A stretch of 62,436 nucleotides of DNA, counting the filler, from Sanchytrium tribonematis (taxonomy: Eukaryota), in the NCBI GenBank assembly GCA_018985235.1. It is 6 parts of 6 records of this genome, joined end to end, with 100 filler letters (N's around TTAATTAATTAA, not from the genome) between each part and the next. Parts side by side here need not be neighbours in the genome. Positions count along the whole stretch, not along the records: positions 43,551 to 49,781 come from JADGIG010000541.1; positions 49,882 to 56,112 come from JADGIG010000542.1; positions 56,213 to 62,436 come from JADGIG010000543.1; 3 more parts are not named here. The stretch is one strand, 5' to 3'. Below are positions 48,331-58,414 of this stretch, piece by piece. A program made the position numbers and the translations under genes. The notes under the pieces are model-generated. The model saw only the letters and a program-made list of their open reading frames with translations. It was not told where the DNA came from and did no database searches. The stretch's first letter is position 1. Each line of letters opens with the position of its first letter.

Positions 48331-48652
48331 GGAAATAATTGAGTTAATAAATATGCTGCATTAAAAAAGATGTTTATTTATGAAACATTAATAGAATTAA
48401 TGGAATATCAAGTCCAAGTCATTCAAGAAATAAAAAATTTCTGAATTTAATACCATTAACCCACAGGAAGTCTATGATAAAATTAAAGAAGTCTATAATG
48501 ATTTAGAGGCTTCAAAGTGATGCATAAATCTATTTTAAATAAATGATGTATAGATTCTTTAAGAATTGATTCAAAAGTAATGTTACACATCCTTGAGTTT
48601 GCACAATTCTGTCCTACTTGTGCATTTTTGTATTCCCACGTGCATTGAATTC

Positions 48653-48683
48653 ATTGGTCAATCAGTCAAAGGGGTACTATTTG
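48653..48683 (+). promoter_or_regulatory. Shared promoter module ATTGGTCAATCA..AAGGGGTACTATTTG (inverted CCAAT + G run)
   Basis: Second copy at 49419-49449; both lie directly upstream of paralogous ATGs. Confidence 0.6.
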
Positions 48684-48690
48684 AAGTCAA

Positions 48691-49356
48691 ATGCACTTTC
48701 ATCTCATGTTATGGACTACATTTGTATTTGCAACAGTAGAAATAGTTTTTTCAAGTAAAAACAATCATGGTGGTAAACCCGTTTATACATTGCAAAATGA
48801 TCAATGGCATTATAAAGAACCGATAGGCCGAGATAAAGTAAAAATCCATAAGATTGACTCATTGGGTATGGTAGATAAGATGCAATCACATTTTGAAATC
48901 CCCTCAAGCTATATTGATCCAAAAGTACAGATTGTGGTAAATGGTAAAGTGAAAAAGACGTATTCTGCATGGAAACAGGTGCCCATTTATGATACATTGG
49001 TGGCATTATTAAAAATCATCAAATTTCCAGTGTATCAAGTGGAAGTCGTACGAAAACAAAAAGTAAGTATTATTAATGTCACAACTAAGAAGTCTATGAA
49101 TAAGTGTGTCAATTTTATGCCATACATGCAGCCTAGTGACAGTATCAAGTCTTGGTATTGTCTCGATAAGGGAGGAGTCACCGTTTCTGAGATGATGAAC
49201 ATGTTGAATCAAATTCAAATGGGAGATAATCAAAAATTAAAGGTGATCATGACTTCAAATGAGAATATTGAATTTAATGTTCAACAAAATGATCAAGAAA
49301 AGCAGCATATTATGAACCAATTAACTAAAATGAATGCTGCTCCAGTAACACAATAA
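48691..49356 (+). CDS. Orphan secreted protein, 221 aa
   Basis: Signal-like N-terminus; VFATVEIVFSSKN, YTL, FPVYQVEV shared with 49468. Confidence 0.72.
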   Translation: MHFHLMLWTTFVFATVEIVFSSKNNHGGKPVYTLQNDQWHYKEPIGRDKVKIHKIDSLGMVDKMQSHFEIPSSYIDPKVQIVVNGKVKKTYSAWKQVPIYDTLVALLKIIKFPVYQVEVVRKQKVSIINVTTKKSMNKCVNFMPYMQPSDSIKSWYCLDKGGVTVSEMMNMLNQIQMGDNQKLKVIMTSNENIEFNVQQNDQEKQHIMNQLTKMNAAPVTQ

Positions 49357-49467
49357 ATCATTTCTGTATGTCACGGTACTACATTGTATTCCATTGTACA
49401 ATCACGCATCATCATTTGATTGGTCAATCATGACAAGGGGTACTATTTGTAGCAGCATGTCCCCCAA

Positions 49468-49781
49468 ATGCACATGTTGATTGCAGTCGTATTTGCAGCA
49501 GTAGAAGTGATATTTTCAGGCAAGAATCGAGCATCTAGCACCTATACATTGGATGGACAATATTGGGTAAAAGATACGGAGACGATTCACTCATTAGAAA
49601 TGATGAAAAAGATGATTCATCATCTTGTAAGGGTGGGCGCAGGTCCTTTTGAAAAAACTGTAACAATCAAGAATGGAGATGAGGAAAATCGTTTTGGAGA
49701 ATCAAATCTTCACCGTGAATTTGAAACATTAAAACAATTGTTGCTATATAGTGGGTTGCCAGTTTTTAAAGTGACAGTTGA
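49468..49781 (+). CDS. Orphan secreted protein, paralog of 48691, 3' truncated
   Basis: VFAAVEVIFSGKN, YTLDGQYW, IHSLEM, LPVFKVTV. Confidence 0.7.
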
Positions 49782-50858
49782 NNNNNNNNNNNNNNNNNNN
49801 NNNNNNNNNNNNNNNNNNNNNNNNNTTAATTAATTAANNNNNNNNNNNNNNNNNNNNNNNNNNNNNNNNNNNNNNNNNNNNAATGCAATATTTCGCCCAT
49901 TTATCTTAAAAATATAACAATTGTCAAAAAATTTAATTTTTTTCACACTTGTTACAGAATTATGAATGAACAAGTGCTGCTTATGGTGTTAATTTGAGTT
50001 TTGAAGATCCTATTGAGTATAATTATTGATATGTGGCAGATATTTATTGTTTTTAGACTCTTGTAACAGTAGATTGTGTGGCTCAAGTTCCAATAAATTG
50101 TTTAATTCTTGTTGATTCAGAACTCTTTTGTATCCACGATTCTCAATTTGTTAGTGAATGTGCATGTGTAGTTGGACTCTTCATCTAAAGATTCAGGGAT
50201 ATTATAATTTATTTCTGATGGTGGATCGAAAATTTGTGTAAATAAAGTTAAAGAAAGTGTATTTCGAGCCACTTAGTAGTGCTAATTGCTTGTCTTTTCA
50301 ATAGAACCATGTCATTTGGTTCAGACTTCAAAATCTTTGTGGGCATCGAATTATTTTCAAAGTCATTTTTACGTTTATGGTTTTGTATTTGACTGCCACC
50401 AAGCATCTGAATGATACGTATTTCCAATTTAATTTTTCTGAAGACGATATAATCTGAGTCGTTGAGATAAAATCGATTTGAATTTTCGAAAATTGAAATT
50501 TGGAAATTGATCTCTGATTATTTGAAAAAGATGCATTTTGTTATATGGACATGCAAACTCATAGTGTTGTAAGTCATTGTGGTTATTTAGAATGGATAAA
50601 TGGGCTGTGGTCCTGTTATGGAGCTCATGATATCTTGAGATGGACAGATTTAAAAATTGGCTGTTTATTGAATGAATCATAGAATAGGTATTGAGTTTAA
50701 AAGGAAATGATGCAGATCTTAGTAATAGTTGAGTATTAGGTAAAAGACATTGGCGGAATGTGTGGCAGAGTATTGGCAAATCTAGCGTATTTGGATATTT
50801 CAATGAAAAAGAGTTCGAATACATTTGAGTCACCATTTGGGTATCATGGTAAGCAGCA

Positions 50859-51260
50859 TTAGCGCATGAATGTGTTAAGATCTGCTTCTTCAACTCCCAC
50901 CAATGATTGGGCCAAATCCCTCGACACTCCGTATCTGACTAGAAAGTCAGATTCTAATTTATATTTATTTATTTCTCGGTTTACTCGTTCTAATTCCTCT
51001 TCATTTTTAGTTAATCTCCAGCTCATCTGAGATTTCAACATTCCCAGATCTTCATCGATCTTTCTAGCTCTTAAATCTCTTTCTCTCAACATCGTGACCT
51101 CATCTGTCATTCCTGCTTGTGTTATTGCTTGTTCTTCATACTCTGATTGAATTTTATTCAATTCTTCTTCTCTTTTCGAGCCTAAACCCGCTAAAACAGC
51201 CTTTATTTGCTCCTTTAAGTCATTCAACTCTTTCTGACGCGCTTCAAGACGGTTGATCAT
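50859..51260 (-). CDS. LTR-encoded coiled-coil ORF (probable Gag N-terminus when in the 5' LTR)
   Basis: 129 codons inside the LTR ending EADLN, the same residues that precede MVENQ at 56096. Confidence 0.65.
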   Translation of the reverse strand: MINRLEARQKELNDLKEQIKAVLAGLGSKREEELNKIQSEYEEQAITQAGMTDEVTMLRERDLRARKIDEDLGMLKSQMSWRLTKNEEELERVNREINKYKLESDFLVRYGVSRDLAQSLVGVEEADLNTFMR

Positions 51261-51406
51261 AATAACTATTTATTTACCAGTGTTCTTGGTCCCCGCGGAC
51301 CCTTTATATCCCATTTCTGAGGTCTGCTGACCTCCCATGTGCTCATTTGCACGTGATAACAACGTGCTGCTGTTGTGATGGACAATTTTCATGTCATTCC
51401 GCAACA
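50873..51406 (-). repeat. 3' LTR, 534 bp, TGTT...AACA
   Basis: Starts TGTTGCGG after purine run GGAGGGA; its last 16 nt (GAAGCAGATCTTAACA) equal 56111-56096, directly before the PBS. Left boundary inferred from PPT/TG only. Confidence 0.8.
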
Positions 51407-54400
51407 TCCCTCCAACATTCAATTTGTCTATCACTAGTCGCTTTACCATGCTAGGTGTTGTCCAAAATTCAATACTTTTATTATCAATCATTTGCAGTTT
51501 TATTTTGCCATTTTCCATTGCAACAATCGAATAAGGTCCACTGGCTGGACAATCAAGTTTACCACGTTTGATTCCATCAAAATATAGCACAGTGTCTCCA
51601 ATATTTACAATGTGGAGATGGCTGCCATTTGCATTGGCAGTTGCTTTAATTCTTCGTGCATATTTTAAAACTCGCAAAGTTTGAACTACCCGCACTCGGT
51701 CCTCAACAATACCATTAATGTACTCCAGCTCAACATCCGACACATATTTATCCTTTATGGAATCTGTATTGGTCACATTTATTAAATCCACAGGTGATAA
51801 TCGAGAAGAATCCATTGCTGAGTGATTTATGCAATATTCCACTGCATGTAATGTGTCCAGCCATGATGACATCCTCCAATCTCCAGTATAATTTGATGTG
51901 ACTCTAATCATATCCAATATTGTGCGATTTAGCCTCTCAACAGGATTTGACCTGTGGAGATATGGCGTTGTATAATGAATATTCACCAACTTGTGTGCTT
52001 TAGCTGCCATGTCATGAATAAATACTTCACAGGCTTTAAATACGCCGGCATTATCTGCAATGATAGTCATTGGGATAGGAAATGTGCTGAAACACTTCAC
52101 GAGCGCATTTTTCATATTTTCTGCACTTTCATCAATTAACTCTGCAATTCGGACATATGAACTAAAAGTATCTGCTACAACTAGCACTTTACCAATCAAA
52201 TCGCCATGTTCTGATTCTTCTGGAGTCAGATGCAAGACATCAATGGCAACAATTTCAAATGGGAATCTGGCAGGAGTTCTTGTCATTACAAATTTGTTCC
52301 TCTTTGGGTGCTTATAGGCAATGCACCATTCACAAGACATACAATACTCACGGATATCTAGTGCCATTTTTGGCCAATAAAAATTTGCCAATTCTGCCAT
52401 CATTTTCGAGGATCCTTGGTGTCCTGATATGGCATCTTTATGCGTTCTGTGCAGCAACATACTTCTAAAGAATTCTGGTACAAAAATACGATTTTCAAAC
52501 ATGATCACATCCATATTGATTAATTTCAAATTTGTGATTGCCTGATCGTCATTTGCAATGTTCAGGTCATTCTGAAGGAAATTCACACACTCGAAGTCTT
52601 TCAGCTGCCATCTGAGTAGTTCACCTGGCTGTATTTCATTTAGTACACTCTCTCCCACTCGAGTATCTGGTAAATTTTGGACACTTATTTCATTATCTAC
52701 TTGATTGAGTGATTTGTCCGCATTCTCTTTAAGATCTACATCCATTACATCTGCGTTATCATTCTGTTTTGCCATATTTCTGGTAATTACCATTACTCTT
52801 GGATTCTTAGATTTTGCTTGCTCAACAGCTTCTTTGATCAGTGGATTACGTGACAAGAAATCAGCATCGAAATTCAAACTACCTTTCACATACACTATGG
52901 ATAGATTGAATGATGATAGGAAAATGCTCCATCGGTACAACTTGCCATTTAACAAATTTCTACTTGTTAAGAGCCAGGCTAATGATCCATGATCTGTGAA
53001 GACTGTGACCTTGTGACCGTAGATATATCTTTGGAATTTCTTGAGTGCCGACACAATGGAGATACACTCCAACTCTGTTATGTGCCAATTGGCTTCATTT
53101 GCGTGTAATGATCTGGACCAATAATAAAGAGGCCTACCATCCTGTAATAGCACAGCACCCAAACCTCTCATACTAGAGGCATCACATCTAATCTGGAAAT
53201 CTTTTGTTGGATCAGGATAATGCAACATGGTGTTATTTGCCAGTAGCTTTAGAAATGATTTGTAGGCGATTATTTGCTCTTCCTCCCAACACCATGGCTC
53301 ATTTTTCCGCAACAGTTTTAAGAGTGGCTGTGCTATAATGCTGTAGTCGGGTACATAGCGAGCATTTCATTGCATCATCCCATTAAAACTCATTAGTTGC
53401 TTTTTATTAGTTGGTTCAGCAGCATTAATAATTGCGTCTATTTTGCGTGGATCGGCTTGAATTCCATTTTGACCAACAACATGGCCTAACAAATCTATTT
53501 TATTAAATCCTAAACTGCATTTTTCTGGTTTCAATTTCAAATTTGCTTTTCTGAGTCTTTCGAAGATTTCACGAGTATTTGCCAAGAACTCATCGAATGT
53601 AGCTGCTCCCATGGATATGTCATCTTGAAATGCCTGTGTTGATGTTATGCCAGCCAGCAAATCATTCATAATTCTTTGAAACCACGCAGGTGCATTTACA
53701 ATACCGAATGGGACACGAGTAAACTGGTAGATCTTTCCCCCGATATAGAATGCTGTATATTTTCGTGATTCGCGGTCCAGTAATATTTGCCAATACCCAA
53801 AGGCAAGGTCAATGTGCAGGAAGTAAACCATTCCAATAAATCTCAAAATCTGCTCCTCTGCATCTGCCTGTGGATAAACATCGAGAATCATAATTTCATT
53901 TAATGGTCGCAGATCAACACAGAATCTTTTTTCATCCGTGTCTTTTTTTGCAACTAATACGGTTTCATGAACAAAATCTGATCCATCAGGACCACACTCT
54001 TCAACAACTTCCAGCTTCAGCATCTTCTCCAAATTTTTATCTAAGATTTGTAATTCTTTGACACTTCGTGGTCGTCTTTTGACTTTGTAAGGTTTATATT
54101 CTTTCAATCGAATTTTAATTGGAGGTAACTTTGCTCCAATGTCTCCTTGAAATATGTCAACAAACTCACGAACCAGAGCCTTTAGAGCCAGCAGATGATT
54201 CTTAGGAAGCCTAGGATTGATTTTGAGTTTAGCACACACTTCTTCAAATGTCAATTTAGGGTGCTGTTCGTCAAAGTGAATAATATCTACCTCTCCTGGT
54301 AATGGTTCATCTTTCATTTGAGTGTATGTTTCTTTAATATATGCCGTCCCCTCTACAACTTGCTCGTCTATGTCCACATTGACATCCGATTCTGGCACAA

Positions 54401-56096
54401 TTTCATCATCACCCATGAGATTGGCAAGATTTCCGAAATCTTCCGGCTGCACGGGATCTGACGAGTCCATGGTAATAGTGGTGTCGTTGACTCGTTTACC
54501 ATGTTCAATAGATACAAAACACACATTCTTCTTCTGGATTGGAGATTGGGACAAACTGATCACTTTAGATCCCAATTCTACTACACCATTCTTTCCATTA
54601 ATAACAATGTTCAGTGGGATTAATCCATTGATCCCCAATAATAATGGACTCGTGCAATCACGAATGATCTCGAATGGCAAAATTGCCATAGAATCAACGC
54701 TCAACTCACAAAAGAGATTTACCCGTCCCAAAACCTTTTCAGTACTTCCATTCACACTGGTAATGCCTGTGAATGGTGATTTGAGCACTAAATGACCACG
54801 GGTATGTTTCAAGAGCCATGCTACAGTCACCAAATTGACTTGCGATCCCGGATCAATAAAAAGCTTTGTCTCTTGTTTTTCAACAAAAACACCAACTTCA
54901 ATACTTGATAATTGTTGATGAGAATGGCTAGAAACTACTTTTACTCCAATAACACAGTTACTTAGCCCAAATAGCTCTCCAACCGTCGCATTTGACTCGC
55001 GAGTGCTAGTTTGTCTACCACTACTTCCTTGTTTTTTTAAATTTGGGCAAGAGGCTACTCTATGACCACTGAGTTTGCAGTTAAAACAGAGATCGTTATC
55101 TCTGCAGAGTGAAATTTCTTCACGAGTCAATTTATTTGCAATGGCGTTAATCTGTCCAGGTGATGCTGTATTATGGTTATTACTGTTATAACCAACAGAC
55201 TTTGACTGATCATTAGAGGGATTTGGCTTTGAATATCTCTCATAATATGATCTTCCCAACATCATTTTCGTAGATTTTTCAACTGAAATCAATAGACTCT
55301 CCGCGCCTTCAATACTTTCTGGATAATTGACTGCTGTCTTATTTTGAATTGCCTGTCTTAGTTTTGGATTGCAACAATGCAAGATGCGATAAATCAAGTT
55401 GTTTTCTGACATCGCGAATTTGGCTTGCTGTAATGATGACTCAGAATCAGTTGCTAAAGGGTGATCCACAACAAATTGTAGCTTCTTTCTGATCAACTTC
55501 AATTTCTGGCAATATTCACGTGCGTCTAAAGCCCCTTGTTGCAATGTTGTTAAAGTTGCAGTCGTGTTGATCAATTTTTGTCTAGATCTGTATGAGACTA
55601 TCAAAGCGTGAACCAGCTTATCATAACTAGAATATCTCTCACTTGCATAGATTTGGGAAATCTTGTCTGGCAGCAAACTATTTACCAAATTTGACCAATC
55701 CCCAGGATGCACATTGTATCTTCTAGCCATTATCTGGAAATCGCTTAAGAACACGTCAATATCCTTATGAGGACTATCCTCACTTGGATCAAAGTAAACT
55801 TTTTGTTTTATTCTATCAAACACATCTTTAACATTGTTTTGCCGGACTAACAACTCAAATACACTGCTCGTACTCACATTCTGTTCTGATTTAATGGAAT
55901 CAATATCCATCATATCGTCGTATTTATTGATTTTACCAAAACCCATCTGTTCTCTAATTTTTAATTTTTCTAATTTTTCCAATTTTGATGCTTCCAGCAA
56001 TTTTCTTTCTAATTCATTGATTTGGTTCCTAATTCTATCAACTTTTCCAATGACTTTAGGCACTTGAACTTGGTGAGAGCCCTGATTCTCCACCAT
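51270..56096 (-). CDS. Gag-Pol polyprotein interrupted by TGA at 53367-53369
   Basis: CFNCKLSGHRVASC; LFIDPGS protease; IDLAFGYWQ, PFG, FQDD RT; CDAS, ELEC, TDH, DADFLSR RNase H; HHCC, AID/ADN/VERLN integrase, GPY motif. Confidence 0.9.
56078..56095 (-). other. Primer-binding site TGGTGGAGAATCAGGGCT (tRNA-Ala-like)
   Basis: Immediately follows the LTR-terminal CA; TGGTGGAGAAT is complementary to the eukaryotic tRNA-Ala 3' end ...AUUCUCCACCA. Confidence 0.8.
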
Positions 56097-56212
56097 GTTA
56101 AGATCTGCTTCGNNNNNNNNNNNNNNNNNNNNNNNNNNNNNNNNNNNNNNNNNNNNTTAATTAATTAANNNNNNNNNNNNNNNNNNNNNNNNNNNNNNNN
56201 NNNNNNNNNNNN

Positions 56213-58215
56213 GTTTCAGTGGTTTCAGTTGATTCTGTAGTTTTTGCCGTAGTTGTTTTTATATTTGATGATTCAGTTGATACACTAATAGGCTCTGTAA
56301 TTGATTGTGTGTCGTAAACAATAGAAGAATCACTAGTTTGTCTGCTAGTAATTGCACTTATTAATTCACTTGAAATTGAGGATTGTTTTGTAGTTTGACT
56401 TACACTCGTTACTGCATTTGTAGATGTACTAGTAGCATAAATAAACTGTGGCGTACTCTTACATAAAGAATATCCAATCAAATTAGTTGTATTCAACTCA
56501 TTAAATGATAAATCACAAGTCGTCAATCCACTTGAATTCAATATCTGCACAGAATCAAAGTAATTATGCTGTATTTCCACATAATAAGGTGCATTTAATG
56601 ATATAGTACCATTTAATTGATTATCATTGACTTTTAAATATGTTAATTGGGATATATTGCCAATTAATGATCCATTTAAATTTGCAGCATTTAATCGTAA
56701 ATATTTCATTGAAGATGGAACAGTGGGAATTGTACCACTTAATGCATTTAAATCTGCATGATATTCAATGAGTTGATCATTAAATGGAGGGATTTGACCC
56801 GTAAATAAATTGGTACCCAAATTACAAAATGACATGGAATCTGGTAAAGTGGGTAATTTACCACTTAATTTGTTTAATGGGACATCAAATACAGTCATTG
56901 GAGATTGTAATTGAACTGTGCCACTAATGAAATTATTAAATAGATCAATAAATACAAATGATTTGGGGAAAACAGGGAGTCCACCCGTCAATTTATTCCC
57001 ATTTGCCATTAAATACAACATATTGGAGGGTAATCTAGGAATAATCCCATTTAAATTATTATTACTTGCTTCAAAATACATGACAGAATTTGGTAAAGTT
57101 GGAAATTTACCAAATAAATGAGATCTGTGTTCTGTAATCACCATATGTCTTAATTTAGATGGCAATACCGTGGAATCAATAGTGCCATGTAATGATGGGA
57201 CATTTGATCGTGGCCAATAAATGGAAACCACATTAATATTTGAGCAAAGAATGCCTGGGAAATCACAACAATTCGTTGGAATTGTTAAATTTAGTGATTT
57301 ACCGAGTAAAAACATGTTATTACAATCATTTACAATTTCAGAGGGTGCTGTGACTGGACATTGGGATGGGAGATAGCCACTGACGGAATTTGTGATATTG
57401 CATGTGAAATTACTAGATCCCACATTTATCAGCATAATACCAGTATCTTGAATAAATAACTCATTTGGACTTTTAATAGATAATTGACCAGTGAATAAAT
57501 TATTATTCAGTCTCAAATTGATTACATTTGATAAATCAGGGATATTCCCACCTAAAGCATTATTTTGTAAATAAAGCGTGGTCAAATTACTTGGAACAGA
57601 AGCCAATACACCTAATAATAAATTATTATTCAATTTGAGTGACTTGAGGGTATTTGGGAGAGATGGAATACCACTTCCAATATTAAATTGATTACTCGAT
57701 AAATAATTATACGAGAGGTCTAATTCAATCAATTGGGATGGTAAATTAGGGATTAGATTGACAAATGAATTATTGGATGCATAGAAATACTTGATATTGC
57801 TTGGGAAGGGTGGTAAACTACTGATAAATTGATTATGAGAAATATCTATTGATGAGATATTGGGGAAGTTGAAGATTCTACCAGTCAATTGGTTGCAAGA
57901 AACATTGAATAGACTCAATTGGGATGGCCATGTTGGATTGATGGGCATGGATCCATTTAAATTCATAAATGAGAAATCAATGGAGATGACTTGTTGCTGC
58001 CCGCTGACTACAAAACAAGATATGCGCGTGGATGAACAACAATTATTGGATAATAAAGTGTACTCGTCTGGGTTAACTAGGTTCATATTCATTTGACGGG
58101 CTAGATTGATGACGGATGGACAGTCTTGGGATATCTGAGTAATTTCGGAGTATATTGGACTTATTAAGATCATCAGCAGTACCAAGGATAAGTAGTGATG
58201 AGTGATTTCAATCAT
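56213..58215 (-). CDS. Secreted/surface LRR protein with Ser/Thr stalk, 3' truncated
   Basis: Signal peptide; two DC...CC...C N-caps; LxxLxLxxNxLxGxIP repeats; S/T-rich tail. Confidence 0.88.
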
Positions 58216-58414
58216 AAAATCTGAAATGTTTCAAATAGCTAAGCATCTTTTATGATGATAGCTCTACGTCGCAGTACGTCAGAAGCAAGTCAGATACTCA
58301 AAATTGATTTTTGAGATCTTATGGAGATTCAAGTAGCTGAAGATGGATACTGGCTCATGAATTTGTCTCTCGAAATCACTTTTTTTTAAAAAATAGTATA
58401 ATCTTTAATTTATT

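Larger units (their letters stand above)
50873..56112 (-). mobile_element. Ty3/gypsy LTR retrotransposon (5' LTR cut by contig end); single gag-pol frame with one in-frame TGA
   Basis: Domain order CCHC-PR-RT-RNaseH-IN; PBS, short PPT and TG...CA 3' LTR identified. Confidence 0.95.

Noticed and set aside
50429..50893. 154-aa ORF next to the 3' LTR
   Set aside because: Starts at a non-ATG codon inside the LTR and has no recognisable motif; it may be an interrupted host gene or relic but cannot be supported.
30761..56212. Recurrent TTAATTAATTAA palindrome inside N runs at ~6.3-kb spacing
   Set aside because: Artificial six-frame-stop linker between contigs; adjacency across spacers has no biological meaning, and ORFs containing X runs are truncated.
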